A DNA stretch of 32,000 nucleotides from the NCBI RefSeq assembly GCF_000145295.1, contig NC_014408.1, positions 1,542,794 through 1,574,793 of the forward strand, in the 5' to 3' direction. This document shows positions 1 through 9,396 of the stretch, piece after piece. The stretch is from Methanothermobacter marburgensis str. Marburg. GTDB taxonomy: Archaea; Methanobacteriota; Methanobacteria; Methanobacteriales; Methanothermobacteraceae. The position numbers and the translations under genes are program-made. The first letter of the stretch is position 1; every line of letters begins with the position of its first letter. The notes under the pieces were generated by a model. That model was not told the DNA's origin. It saw nothing but the letters and a program-made list of their open reading frames with translations, and made no database searches.

Positions 1-256
1 AATCCCTTTTATCCTCACCTGCATCCCTGAGGTAGTAGAACTCGTTCTTCATTGGTTCAACTATGCCATTCTCATCTACCAGAACCTGTGGTGGGAATGA
101 TGGAGAGTAGAGTTCAGCGAACCTGACAGCCTGGAGTTCATCTATTATATGGTCAGCGGCGAGTTTCCCGACATGCCCTATCCCTGGAAGTGCCTCAATG
201 AAAACCGGGCTGGAAAGTTCAACATCCTCCAGAATATTTATGGTTGTTTCCCTCAT
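1..256 (-). CDS. PAC2-family (proteasome-assembly-chaperone-like) protein, N-terminal part; gene continues past the left edge
   Basis: Absent from the ORF track because there is no stop in the window. Reverse translation from ATG 256-254 gives [64 protein letters not shown]... The LPGIGHVG motif is typical of PAC2/DUF75 proteins. GGTGA lies 4 nt upstream of the ATG. It lies downstream of nop10. Confidence 0.6.
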   Translation of the reverse strand, partial: MRETTINILEDVELSSPVFIEALPGIGHVGKLAADHIIDELQAVRFAELYSPSFPPQVLVDENGIVEPMKNEFYYLRDAGEDKRD

Positions 257-267
257 TTTATTCACCA

Positions 268-432
268 CTACTTCTCAAGTAAAACCTCTCTTTTGAGTCT
301 TCTCCGGTATTCGCCATACCTGTCCTCAGGGGAAAATTTTGGGGGATAAACAACCCCTGTTGATCCACCGCAGCGGGGGCATACATCCCTAAGGGTGTAC
401 TCCATGCATGAACGGCATCTTCTCATCTTCAT
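268..432 (-). CDS. nop10: H/ACA RNP protein Nop10 (54 aa, below the track cutoff)
   Basis: Hand translation gives [54 protein letters not shown]. It has the CxxC...CxxC zinc ribbon and the [14 protein letters not shown] motif of Nop10. Its ATG overlaps the aIF2alpha stop as ATGA. Confidence 0.85.
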   Translation of the reverse strand: MKMRRCRSCMEYTLRDVCPRCGGSTGVVYPPKFSPEDRYGEYRRRLKREVLLEK

Positions 433-1208
433 GTCAGTTCACGGAGGAATTCTCCCTCTCCACCCTCTTTTTCCACTATATCTATGCACCTCTGGGCCGC
501 TTCCTTGAGCTGTTTCTCGGCCTTGAGGTAATCTGTTGATTTCACTATAAGCCTGTACCTGGGGGCCCCGACGGCCTGGACGGTTATGCCCTCATCCTGG
601 GCGGATTTAAGGGCCTTCCTGATTATTTCAACACCGTTGGGTGCATATGACTTTATATCAACATATCCTGTGATCTGAACCTCGGGGGGTGTTATGTTAC
701 GTTTGGCAACCTCTGTTATGACAGCGGCCCAGTCCTCTGGGACGCCCTCCTCCAGAAGTGCATTTTCACCCTCCTCTGCAGCGGTTTCAAATGCGCCGTA
801 GAGGTCGCCGAATATGTCCATGAGTTCGTATCCGACCTCCTCGTAGGCCGTGTCGAGGTCCTTTCCCAGGTCCTTTGCTGCCAGTTCAAGGAACTTTTCA
901 GCCTTCTGCTCTATCTTCCAGGCCTGGATCTTCTTTGTACGCTGGTCCTCCCTTATCCTTTTCATGGAAACATCCACGTGCCCCTTCCTTGGGTTCACGC
1001 GGAGGACCCTGGCAACTATCTTCTGGTTCTCCCTTACGAAGTCCCTTATATTCTTAACCCATCCAGAGGATACCTCGGATATGTGAATGAAAGCCTCCTT
1101 CCCTGGATATTCCTCCAGGGTTGCGAAGGCGCCGTAGTTGAGGACCTTGTGAACGGTCCCAACCACCAGTTCACCCTCTTCAGGCCATTCATTTTTTCTT
1201 CTTACCAT
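429..1208 (-). CDS. eif2a: Translation initiation factor aIF2 alpha subunit
   Basis: Track ORF 429..1217. N-terminal S1 domain ([46 protein letters not shown]) and full-length e/aIF2alpha-like sequence. The start is probably the second ATG (MVRRKNEW) at 1208. Confidence 0.93.
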   Translation of the reverse strand: MVRRKNEWPEEGELVVGTVHKVLNYGAFATLEEYPGKEAFIHISEVSSGWVKNIRDFVRENQKIVARVLRVNPRKGHVDVSMKRIREDQRTKKIQAWKIEQKAEKFLELAAKDLGKDLDTAYEEVGYELMDIFGDLYGAFETAAEEGENALLEEGVPEDWAAVITEVAKRNITPPEVQITGYVDIKSYAPNGVEIIRKALKSAQDEGITVQAVGAPRYRLIVKSTDYLKAEKQLKEAAQRCIDIVEKEGGEGEFLRELT

Positions 1209-1222
1209 GAAAAACACCTAGA

Positions 1223-1402
1223 TTAATCCAGGACCTCTAGAATCTGGGCTTTGATCTTTGATTTTCCTCCTGTTGGCTCAACAAGTGTTTTACCGCAGAT
1301 TATGCACTGGACGTATGAGGCTGCCCTGTCAAAGACCACCTGCTGGTTCCCGCAGTCCATACATTTAACCCGGAGAAAATTACCTTTCGTATTGTAGAAC
1401 AT
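1223..1402 (-). CDS. rps27e: 30S ribosomal protein S27e
   Basis: C4 zinc ribbon [41 protein letters not shown] lies 7 nt upstream of ATG 1402. The track start at 1414 is a GTG inside that SD. Confidence 0.9.
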   Translation of the reverse strand: MFYNTKGNFLRVKCMDCGNQQVVFDRAASYVQCIICGKTLVEPTGGKSKIKAQILEVLD

Positions 1403-1416
1403 CACACATATCACCC

Positions 1417-1695
1417 CTAGGCTACAAATTCAACTCTTCCAGCCCTGAAGGACCTTTTCTTGATGTGTGATTTTCCACATTCCTTGCATTTGAGCCTGAG
1501 GTCAAGTTTCTTGACGGGTTTGTTACCTGAGGGTAGCGGACGTGGGTAACCCCTGTAACCGGCTGTTACACGTCTAAACTGCCTCTGACCCCATTTGAGT
1601 TCACTTGCCTTTCTTCTTTTTGATTCAAGTACCTCGTGAACTGTGTGTTTTCTACAGTTTGGACAGTAAGTTCTTCTTTCCTTGGGAATCTTCAT
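1417..1695 (-). CDS. rpl44e: 50S ribosomal protein L44e
   Basis: [22 protein letters not shown]...[10 protein letters not shown] matches the zinc-ribbon L44e family. AGAGGTGAT SD lies upstream. Confidence 0.92.
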   Translation of the reverse strand: MKIPKERRTYCPNCRKHTVHEVLESKRRKASELKWGQRQFRRVTAGYRGYPRPLPSGNKPVKKLDLRLKCKECGKSHIKKRSFRAGRVEFVA

Positions 1696-1837
1696 ATCTA
1701 ATCACCTCTTAAGTGAAAAAGTAAGCCTTTAAAATAACTGGAACTTTTTTTATACTGGGTTAGTATATCTCAAATCTCTATTTATACCTTTGTATGGAAC
1801 CTTTCAGACAGACAGAAATGTACCAGGAGAATGGTAT

Positions 1838-2518
1838 TTATGAGTACCTTATCCTCCTGCCCTTCCTTGCATTTATAAACACATCTGCATTGAGCGATGG
1901 GAGTGTAACAATGTCCTGCGGTCGAAATGGGCCGTAAATTTTTTCATCGACCCCCATTATCCTTGCAGGCACCTCCTCAAATATCAGCACCGTCTCAATG
2001 CCTCCCCTATCATCCAGTGCATTGGCCCTGATTTCATTTTCAGAGGGTTGGGAATCTTTTTTCTTCGGCTTCTGGATAACTTCAGGTTCTGCACGGGGTT
2101 TCTTTTTCTCTTTATCAAGTTCTATCGAAGGAATTATTTTCTCCCTGAATTCCCTCAGGGTCTCTATAAGTGAAAAGTAGAGTTCCTCCTCCTCGGGTGT
2201 CATGTTGAGGGGGGTTGTATCCTGGAGGTCAAACTGGGGTTTCCCGTTGAACAGGTGGTATGACCTCTGGACGTTCATCACTGCACTGTCTGTTATCTTG
2301 TGCTCCCTTCTCTCGCAGATCTCGGTGGCTATCCTCTGGGTGTCCCTTATAAGGTAGTGTTCCTTTGCAAAGGGGTCATTTCCAACCGCCTCGAGGAGAT
2401 CCTCCAGGTAGCTGTGGACCCTCTCATAGAAGTCATCACCAACCCTTGCAAGACCGCTTTCAGTTCTCTCCTTTTTCTGAATCCTCCTCAGTTTCTGAAA
2501 GAATTCGTCCAACCCCAT
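1838..2518 (-). CDS. GINS subunit (Gins51/Gins15-like) DNA replication protein
   Basis: The N-terminal helical domain (DDFYERVHSYLEDLL...ERREHKI) and the small C-terminal domain (GVDEKIYGPFRPQDIVTLPSLNADVFINARKG) resemble archaeal Gins51. It is adjacent to PCNA. Confidence 0.7.
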   Translation of the reverse strand: MGLDEFFQKLRRIQKKERTESGLARVGDDFYERVHSYLEDLLEAVGNDPFAKEHYLIRDTQRIATEICERREHKITDSAVMNVQRSYHLFNGKPQFDLQDTTPLNMTPEEEELYFSLIETLREFREKIIPSIELDKEKKKPRAEPEVIQKPKKKDSQPSENEIRANALDDRGGIETVLIFEEVPARIMGVDEKIYGPFRPQDIVTLPSLNADVFINARKGRRIRYS

Positions 2519-2531
2519 TCCTCACCAGCAG

Positions 2532-3266
2532 TTATTCCTCTGCCTCGATTCTTGGAGCAAGGAGGAAACTCAGCTCTCCCTCATTGCTGGCCATCTTCAG
2601 TGTTAGTTTAAGGGGCATGTCATCTCCCAGGTTGATGATTGCTGTCTCACTGAACTTATCGGCCTTGAGCATCTCCTTTATCTTGTCAAGTGAGTAAACA
2701 CTCCTTGCAGGTTTAGTTATCTTTTCACCATGGAGATATTCTATCTCGGCGTCTCCGAATTCCCCCTCGGCAGATGCCATGAAGCGATCCTCATCAACAC
2801 GGAATGTTATCTTATCGGAGAATATGTCTATATCTGCTATTGAGTCCTTGAGGAGCTGGAATGGCACCTCAAATTCGTTCTCATACTGGATTTCAGGAGG
2901 ACTTGGGGTTTCATATTCAATGTCAATCAGCCTTATCTTGAAGGTCCTTACTGCCTCTCCCTCAAACTGGACTATAAGGTTCCCCTCATCGGTTGATAGT
3001 ATAACCCTGTCGTTTGCCTTGGCCCTCTTGAGGACCTTCATGAGTTCCTCTGTATCCACGTTTATTTTCTCTGGTTCATCGCAGACATATTCATCGAACA
3101 GTTCAGATTTCAGTTCAAGGTGCACGTATGTGATATGGGACCTGTCAAGGGCGTCGAGACGCAGGCCTTCGGCACTGATCTGTATCTGAACCTCATCAAC
3201 AATGGATGATATGGCATCGAAGCTCGTCCTTAAAATGTTAGGATCATTCAATTCTGCCTTGAACAT
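2532..3266 (-). CDS. pcn: DNA polymerase sliding clamp PCNA
   Basis: 244 aa, [45 protein letters not shown]...LAPRIEAEE. Full-length PCNA pattern with two similar domains. Confidence 0.95.
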   Translation of the reverse strand: MFKAELNDPNILRTSFDAISSIVDEVQIQISAEGLRLDALDRSHITYVHLELKSELFDEYVCDEPEKINVDTEELMKVLKRAKANDRVILSTDEGNLIVQFEGEAVRTFKIRLIDIEYETPSPPEIQYENEFEVPFQLLKDSIADIDIFSDKITFRVDEDRFMASAEGEFGDAEIEYLHGEKITKPARSVYSLDKIKEMLKADKFSETAIINLGDDMPLKLTLKMASNEGELSFLLAPRIEAEE

Positions 3267-3317
3267 TTTCGTCCTCCTTATCCTATATAGCTAGATATTG
3301 GGGTCATTCTTTATATA

Positions 3318-3608
3318 CTATTTCTCCTCTTTTTCCTCTTTCCCTGTTTCAGCACTCTTAACCTGTTTATAGAATCTTTCAAGGGGGGTCCTGCCTACAA
3401 TGCTCTGTACCATTGAGGCACCCAGCAGCAGGAGACCAGTGAGTATGAGGAATGCTGCAATGACTGTGTTCTCACCTGAGACAACGTTATCCACAACCCT
3501 CTCTGATGAGCCGATAATTGCGATTATTCCTGCGATTATAAGGACCGCTCCAAGGGCCATGGCTGAGTACCTGACTATTTCATCCCGGTACCTTATTATC
3601 AGTGTCAC
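3318..3608 (-). CDS. Small membrane protein (2 TM), charged C-terminus; the 5' end may extend to 3745 through a frameshift
   Basis: The track ORF starts at a GTG. Hydrophobic segments are AMALGAVLIIAGIIAIIG and VIAAFLILTGLLLLGA. No family was recognised. Confidence 0.5.
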   Translation of the reverse strand: MTLIIRYRDEIVRYSAMALGAVLIIAGIIAIIGSSERVVDNVVSGENTVIAAFLILTGLLLLGASMVQSIVGRTPLERFYKQVKSAETGKEEKEEK

Positions 3609-3793
3609 CGGGAACCCATGATCAGATTCATCATTCTGGATTTCTTCCCTTATCCTTGATATGAAACCCTTCAGAAACTGGGTTCCTCTGGTTTTTCCTT
3701 GTTTTCAGCTCCGGAATCTTTGGTTCCGGTTTTTTCGGTGCTCATCGTGAACCGTCCTCAATCTTCAGAATCTAAAGCAGAGCACTTCATGCC

Positions 3794-4108
3794 TCAATCG
3801 TATTCCCTCCAGGTGTACTTGCAGCGGGTGCACCTGAAGAACCTTGTTTCAGATTCATCAGCCCTTCTTGTCTGCTGCAGCCACCAGAAGGCCTCCATGT
3901 TACCGCATTTTGGGCATTCCACCCTTGTTGTTGGTAGTGTGCTCACATCATCTCCTGTGAATATGACGTTGTCCTTTGATTCAACTTCCTCTGAAAAGTT
4001 GTATTTGTCCTTGAGTTTATCTGTGATATCCTTTTCATAGCCACACTGACAGCTGAATTTTCCCTTCGCAGGAAACATTACAGCTCCGCACTTGGGACAG
4101 AACTCCAT
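3794..4108 (-). CDS. tfs: Transcription factor S (TFS / RpoM-like)
   Basis: It has an N-terminal zinc ribbon (CPKCGAVM...CQCG). It also has the C-terminal TFIIS-type ribbon [44 protein letters not shown] lies upstream. Confidence 0.92.
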   Translation of the reverse strand: MEFCPKCGAVMFPAKGKFSCQCGYEKDITDKLKDKYNFSEEVESKDNVIFTGDDVSTLPTTRVECPKCGNMEAFWWLQQTRRADESETRFFRCTRCKYTWREYD

Positions 4109-4186
4109 TTTCTTCCTCCTGATAAGAGAAACTAAATTTTTTGATTTTTAAAATTTTTCTGCAATGACACTTATAATTTTTTTGAT

Positions 4187-4606
4187 TTAATTTACTCCAT
4201 TCTGGTTTCTAATGGATTTTATGAAGTCATCAAGTATCCGTGAATGGTCAAATGCAAGGTTATCATAGGGTATATCCTCAATATGAAACACCCTGGCTTC
4301 GGCAGCATCGGATCCTCCAACAGGTCTTCCTGAAGCAACTGCAGTGAAGCAGATGCTCACAGTGTGTCCCCTGGGATCCCTTGAGGGGTCCGAGTATACG
4401 CCAAGAAGACCCTCCAGTTCCACCTCAAGTCCGGTCTCCTCGAGGGCCTCCCTCCTTGCAGCTTCTTCCACTGTTTCTCCGTATTCAACGAATCCTCCTG
4501 GAATGGCCCATGAGCCCTCATATGGGGGTTTTCCCCTCCTTACAAGTACCAGGGTGTTCTCTGATAACCTTATTATCACATCCACCGTGAGTAGTGGTGT
4601 CCTCAT
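4187..4606 (-). CDS. NUDIX hydrolase
   Basis: Nudix box GGFVEYGETVEEAARREALEETGLEV. Confidence 0.85.
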   Translation of the reverse strand: MRTPLLTVDVIIRLSENTLVLVRRGKPPYEGSWAIPGGFVEYGETVEEAARREALEETGLEVELEGLLGVYSDPSRDPRGHTVSICFTAVASGRPVGGSDAAEARVFHIEDIPYDNLAFDHSRILDDFIKSIRNQNGVN

Positions 4607-4615
4607 ATCAATACC

Positions 4616-5215
4616 TCATGCGCTGCCCCTTGACTCACCAAGTTTAACCCCTGATGCAATGAGATGTGCCGCCCGGAGGGGCTCGGGAATGGAACTTCTG
4701 GTCGTTGAGAGCCTCACAATCTCAGCTGCATCCTCCTGGTCTATACCGGCAGTCTGTATGTAAACTGTCTCGGTGGATTCTACCCGGTGGATCTCCCCGG
4801 CGTCATCTATCATCTGCCACCTCTTCTTCCAGTCAGGGAATCTGTGCTTCAGGGCTATCCTTATCCCCTCAAGGTCAGGGTATTTGCGTACAACCACTAT
4901 GACAGGGAGTCCAGTTCTTGAGGATATCTCATTTATATCCGCCACGTTGAAGCCGCCGAAGGTGAGGCCATCCAGCATTATAACCCTCAGCTGGTTGAGG
5001 TGTCTTGAGCCATTCACCATTTCAACTATCTTCTCTGTGGCATCATCCCCATCCACCCTTATCTTCGTTGTGAGGACCCCGTCAAGCCAGTGCCCTCCCC
5101 TGAAGACTGTGCCCACGAGGAGCACGTCCTCGTCACTTTTGGGTGTGAATGGGGCGTCATCTATCCCGAGAATCCTTATCTCGGATTTTATCTGCCTGAA
5201 ATTACGGTTCTCCAT
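4616..5215 (-). CDS. DUF99 / UPF0215 family protein
   Basis: [11 protein letters not shown]...[14 protein letters not shown]...GLTFGGFNV is the pattern I recognise from the archaeal UPF0215 (DUF99) family. Confidence 0.7.
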   Translation of the reverse strand: MENRNFRQIKSEIRILGIDDAPFTPKSDEDVLLVGTVFRGGHWLDGVLTTKIRVDGDDATEKIVEMVNGSRHLNQLRVIMLDGLTFGGFNVADINEISSRTGLPVIVVVRKYPDLEGIRIALKHRFPDWKKRWQMIDDAGEIHRVESTETVYIQTAGIDQEDAAEIVRLSTTRSSIPEPLRAAHLIASGVKLGESRGSA

Positions 5216-5224
5216 AAAAAATAG

Positions 5225-5482
5225 TTAGGCGGACTCTATGAGTGACCTGAACTCATCGCATCTCTCAATTAGAGTCCCAGCTGCCTTGATGAGTGATTTC
5301 TTGGGGCTCCTTGCCCTTATGTAAAGCTGTGGTTCCCCCACTATGGGGTGGTCGATGGAGTAGGCCGCGGCCTTAACGGTTTCATCCTCCATCAGTATGC
5401 TCCTCAGTACATTGCAGAGGGTGTGTGTTTCGCCCTCGAATACTATCTCCATTTCATATCTCTTGTTAAGAATGATTTCCAT
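5225..5482 (-). CDS. rpoL: DNA-directed RNA polymerase subunit L (Rpb11 homologue)
   Basis: 85 aa, [46 protein letters not shown] is typical of RpoL. Confidence 0.9.
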   Translation of the reverse strand: MEIILNKRYEMEIVFEGETHTLCNVLRSILMEDETVKAAAYSIDHPIVGEPQLYIRARSPKKSLIKAAGTLIERCDEFRSLIESA

Positions 5483-5495
5483 TTTTCATTACCCC

Positions 5496-6065
5496 TTAAC
5501 CTTCATAATTCGCTGATAGTTTCCTTTTTTCCCTGTTTTCACAGTTGGGACACCTCACCTCGTCCCTGCCGTTCATCTCCATGAAGTGCCTGCACCTTGT
5601 GCACATGGCCTTTATGACACCAAGGTCACGGGATGAGGTCTGGAGGTCTATACCATCAAGGCCCATAACCTTCGTAACCCTTGCCTCCACTATATCCCCT
5701 ATCCTGAAGGCCTCTGTAAGTTTAGAGAGGTAGCCCTTCTTTGCCTGTGAAACATGGACGCCCCCAACAAAGTAGGTTGCAAGGGCCCTCCTGTTACCCT
5801 TGATGCTGTGTATTCTCACAAGGGCCCTCTGGCCCCTCACATCTATTACCTCTCCAATAACCCTTGAGCCTGTCCTGAGGACGGGGGGTGTGCTGAACTT
5901 TGAGATTACCTTTATGCTCTTATTCCTATCATCCCTTGCAACCTCTCCAACAACAAGGGACTTTATTTCTCCATCGTCGTCGTAGGTCCCCTCTGAGGGG
6001 AGTACCTCTTCACTTACAGCTAAAAAGTCTCCGGGAAAAACTATGTCCCCAGATTTAACTTTCAT
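5496..6065 (-). CDS. csl4: Exosome complex RNA-binding protein Csl4
   Basis: N-terminal domain, then an S1 domain (GSRVIGEVIDVRGQRALVRI), then the C-terminal zinc ribbon CTRCRHFMEMNGRDEVRCPNC. AGAGGTGAATGG SD lies before ATG 6065 (MKVKSGD); the track ORF start is 6092. Confidence 0.85.
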   Translation of the reverse strand: MKVKSGDIVFPGDFLAVSEEVLPSEGTYDDDGEIKSLVVGEVARDDRNKSIKVISKFSTPPVLRTGSRVIGEVIDVRGQRALVRIHSIKGNRRALATYFVGGVHVSQAKKGYLSKLTEAFRIGDIVEARVTKVMGLDGIDLQTSSRDLGVIKAMCTRCRHFMEMNGRDEVRCPNCENREKRKLSANYEG

Positions 6066-6190
6066 CCATTCACCTCTTGAAGGTAAAAACAATACCTCAT
6101 AGTTATAGTGGGTTATGATTACTTTCTGATTATATATATGCTTTTTGTATGATAAGTTGAGGATCGATCGTTACTCACAGCGTATGGCTG

Positions 6191-6285
6191 TAAGATGTCA
6201 ACATGGTTTTCTGCAGGATTATCCGTCTGCTTCTCAGTGAACCACCGATCCCAGGTAAGATCGTTAACATGGTTTCTGCAGGATC
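6191..6285. repeat. Imperfect about 29-nt direct repeat, two copies 66 nt apart, in the dph2-csl4 spacer
   Basis: 6191 TAAGAT-GTCAACATGGTTTTCTGCAGGAT aligns with 6257 TAAGATCGTTAACATGGTTT-CTGCAGGAT. That is 25 identical positions in three blocks, with two compensating 1-nt indels. Confidence 0.7.
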
Positions 6286-6309
6286 CAGTTAAACCATCAG
6301 TGAAGCTAT

Positions 6310-7299
6310 TCAAGAAATTATCTCATCGAGGACGTAATCCTCCCATTCCCTTTCACCAAGGGCTATCTCAAGTTCCGATGGGTTAAGGAGTGGTCTATCA
6401 TAGATCTGTGAGTCGTCAATGGCAATCCTTGGGCAAGCTGTAACCACGAACGCCTCGATCTCCCTGAATGGCAGCAGTGCCTCCGGTGATACGTTTTCAA
6501 GCAGGAAGATGAATGCATCCCTTCCAGCAGCCTCCAGCTTCCTCTTTACCTCAAGGGCCAGTTTGAATCTCCTCTGCCCCTCCTTTGATGAAACTATTAT
6601 CCCCCACCTACTGGCGGAGGAGGCCCTGTTTATCCTTGCGAATCTGATCCTGAGGACCCTATCTGCGAATTCATCCAGTCTCCTTACTTCACCATGGTAG
6701 GGGTCAGCCACCACAACATCCCTTCCTGTTAAAAGTTTTATGCCCAGTGGATGGAAGTTTCCGCTTCCGATGAAGAGGTATGCATCTGCATCGGTATTTC
6801 TGATGGCTGAAAAGTTACACCCGAGTACCTGGCCCTCGGCGGTGTTTACCCCTGAGCCCTTAACAACCTCAAATCCCCTCTCCTCAAGGAAAGACGCTGC
6901 CTCATCAAGGAGGTGGAGGTGCTGTGCGGTTGTTGCAAGGCCCACCCTTTCGTGGCCATCCAGGAGACGGGCAGCATCCTCAAGGACCCCCCTTACATCA
7001 ACCCCTGAACGGGCCTCGATGAATATGACGGGCACCTCATAGTCAATGGGAAATGGTGTGTGCCCGTAGTGGATTATGAGATCAGCCATGCCCTTCATCT
7101 TCCTGTCTGAAACATCACATGCTCCGAAGCATGGGTCTGCAGATATAAGAGCTGTCGCATCCGTTTCTGATTCTATAATCTCTGCAAGTTCAACAGCCCT
7201 TGTTTTAAGTCCCTCAGGAAATTGAAGTCCAACAACATCTACTTTGAGGCGTTTTATTTCCCTGATAACCCTTTCTGTTTCAAGATCATAGAGTGACAT
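6310..7299 (-). CDS. dph2: Diphthamide biosynthesis enzyme Dph2, 2-(3-amino-3-carboxypropyl)histidine synthase
   Basis: 329 aa, YDLETERVIREIKRLKVDVVGLQFPEGLK...ADPCFGACDV...GSGNFHPLG is the archaeal Dph2 pattern. Confidence 0.88.
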   Translation of the reverse strand: MSLYDLETERVIREIKRLKVDVVGLQFPEGLKTRAVELAEIIESETDATALISADPCFGACDVSDRKMKGMADLIIHYGHTPFPIDYEVPVIFIEARSGVDVRGVLEDAARLLDGHERVGLATTAQHLHLLDEAASFLEERGFEVVKGSGVNTAEGQVLGCNFSAIRNTDADAYLFIGSGNFHPLGIKLLTGRDVVVADPYHGEVRRLDEFADRVLRIRFARINRASSASRWGIIVSSKEGQRRFKLALEVKRKLEAAGRDAFIFLLENVSPEALLPFREIEAFVVTACPRIAIDDSQIYDRPLLNPSELEIALGEREWEDYVLDEIIS

Positions 7300-7307
7300 T
7301 TAATCAT

Positions 7308-7889
7308 TCAGCCCCCATCCGGGATGTCCTCAACGGTGACCCGCCCGTCAACAACATCTGCCTTCACAAGGCTCCTTACAGTGAACCCTGTCCTCTCCTT
7401 CACCACCCTTGAGCCCTCACCCTTATCTATGACGGTTACAACGTCCACAACCTCCACTTCCATCTCCCTGAGGGCCTCGAGGACAGCCAGCAGTGTTCCG
7501 CCGGTACTCACGACGTCATCTATTACCATTACACGGTCGTCCCCATCAACACCGTTTATGTAAAGTTCTCCCTCACTGTAACCTGTCATCTGGTGGACCG
7601 CAACCTCCCCGGGGAGGCCGTACCTCCTTTTTCTCACGACAACAAAGGGTATGCGGGTTTTGAGTGATAGCACCGTGGCATGGTGTATACCCATGGCCTC
7701 AATGCACACTATCTTATCCACACTGGCCGGATCTGGGTTGAATCTTCTCACTATTTCATCTGCAATTTCCTCAAGGAGTTCAGGCTCTGTGAGTGGTATC
7801 CCATCAGTTACAGGGTTAACAAAGTAGTCATACTCCCCCTTCTTTATTACAGGGGAATTTCTGAGGCTTTCCTTTAGTTTATCAAGCAT
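7308..7889 (-). CDS. hpt: Hypoxanthine/guanine phosphoribosyltransferase (archaeal type)
   Basis: [32 protein letters not shown] is followed by the PRPP-binding motif [13 protein letters not shown]. Confidence 0.85.
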   Translation of the reverse strand: MLDKLKESLRNSPVIKKGEYDYFVNPVTDGIPLTEPELLEEIADEIVRRFNPDPASVDKIVCIEAMGIHHATVLSLKTRIPFVVVRKRRYGLPGEVAVHQMTGYSEGELYINGVDGDDRVMVIDDVVSTGGTLLAVLEALREMEVEVVDVVTVIDKGEGSRVVKERTGFTVRSLVKADVVDGRVTVEDIPDGG

Positions 7890-8041
7890 TTTTCAATCAC
7901 CCGTTATGGTCTGTGAACAGTGATAATAACCGGGACTATTCAGTGTATCCACAGCGTCACAGGATACGCTTTATAAAGGATCTTAATATATAAGTTGGCC
8001 CCAACAATAGTTAATGATTACTGATCACTGCAGGTGAAACT

Positions 8042-9370
8042 ATGCTTGGAAATCTGGGCAGGAGTCTCAGTAAAACTATGAAAAAACTGGCAGGGATGAC
8101 CATAGTTGATGAGGAGGTCGTGAAGGAAGTCATTAAGGATATACAGAGGGCCCTGATCCAGTCTGACGTTAACATAAAACTTGTATTCAACCTTTCAAAA
8201 TCAATAGAGGAGCGGGCTCTTAACGAGGAGCCCCCAAAGGGGATAACACCCAAGGAGCACATCATAAGCATAGTCTACGAGGAGATGGTTAAGCTCCTTG
8301 GTGAAAGGTCCCATGAATTAAAGATAGAGGAGAAACCCTACAGGATACTCTTCCTGGGGCTTCAGGGAAGCGGTAAAACAACAACCATCGGTAAACTTGC
8401 AAGGTACCTTCGTAAGAAGGGTTTCACCGTGGGTGTGGTCTGTACAGACACCTGGAGACCCGCGGCCTTTGAACAGCTGAAGCAGTACACAGAGGGCCAG
8501 GATATCAGTGTCTATGGGGACCCTGAAAACAAAGACGCCCTTGACCTTGCAGAGAAGGGGCTTGAAAGGTTTCAGAAAAAGGATGTTATCATATTCGACA
8601 CCGCAGGAAGGCACAAGGAGGAGAAGGACCTCCTCAGGGAGATGGAGGAACTTTCGGCCGTCATTAAACCCCATGAGGCCATACTCGTAATCGATGGGAC
8701 AATCGGCCAGCAGGCAAGGGAACAGGCCCTTGCATTCAGGGAGGCCACAGATATCGGGTCAATAATCGTTACAAAGCTTGATGGGTCAGCCAAGGGTGGA
8801 GGTGCACTCTCAGCGGTTGCAGAGATTGGTGCCCCCATCAGGTTCATAGGTACCGGGGAGCGAATAGATGACCTTGAGGTATTCGACCCTGAAAGGTTCA
8901 TATCAAGACTTCTTGGAATGGGGGACCTCAAGAGCCTCCTTGAAAAGGTTGAGGAGGTCTCAGATGAGGAACTTGCTGAGGAATCCCTCGACGCCATACT
9001 ATCCGGGAAGTTCACACTGAAGGATATGAGGGTCCAGTTTGAGATGATGGGCAAGATGGGGCCCCTGCAGCAGGTCATGAATATGCTCCCGGGTGTCGGG
9101 AAACTCCCCAAGGACGCCACAAAGATGACCGAGGAGACCATAAGGAAGTACCTTATCATAATGGACTCCATGACAGAGGAGGAACTGGAAAAACCCGACA
9201 TAATCAAGCAATCCAGGATCAGAAGGATATCAAGGGGGTCAGGTACCCGGAACGAGGACGTCAAGGAACTTTTAAAGTACTACAGGGTCACCAGGAAGGC
9301 CATGAAGGGCCTTGGCAGAAGGAAGATGGGTGGCCCAATGGGTCAGCTGATGAGGCAGTTCATGAGGTAG
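8042..9370 (+). CDS. srp54: Signal recognition particle protein SRP54
   Basis: N domain, then a G domain ([25 protein letters not shown]), then a Met-rich M domain ([19 protein letters not shown]). Confidence 0.96.
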   Translation: MLGNLGRSLSKTMKKLAGMTIVDEEVVKEVIKDIQRALIQSDVNIKLVFNLSKSIEERALNEEPPKGITPKEHIISIVYEEMVKLLGERSHELKIEEKPYRILFLGLQGSGKTTTIGKLARYLRKKGFTVGVVCTDTWRPAAFEQLKQYTEGQDISVYGDPENKDALDLAEKGLERFQKKDVIIFDTAGRHKEEKDLLREMEELSAVIKPHEAILVIDGTIGQQAREQALAFREATDIGSIIVTKLDGSAKGGGALSAVAEIGAPIRFIGTGERIDDLEVFDPERFISRLLGMGDLKSLLEKVEEVSDEELAEESLDAILSGKFTLKDMRVQFEMMGKMGPLQQVMNMLPGVGKLPKDATKMTEETIRKYLIIMDSMTEEELEKPDIIKQSRIRRISRGSGTRNEDVKELLKYYRVTRKAMKGLGRRKMGGPMGQLMRQFMR

Positions 9371-9396
9371 ATCTGATTTAAACCAGGAGAATTAAA

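Noticed and set aside
6119-6313. 64-aa minus-strand ORF in the dph2-csl4 spacer
   Set aside because: It has a TTG start without an SD, and it runs through the csl4 TATA box. The internal repeat is better conserved as DNA than as protein, because compensating indels change the frame between copies. It is treated as a non-coding repeat instead.
8572-9264. 230-aa minus-strand ORF inside srp54, and other long antisense ORFs such as 8318..8674
   Set aside because: It is Ser-rich and low-complexity, and fully antisense to a confidently identified SRP54 gene. This is the typical shadow ORF of a codon-biased gene.
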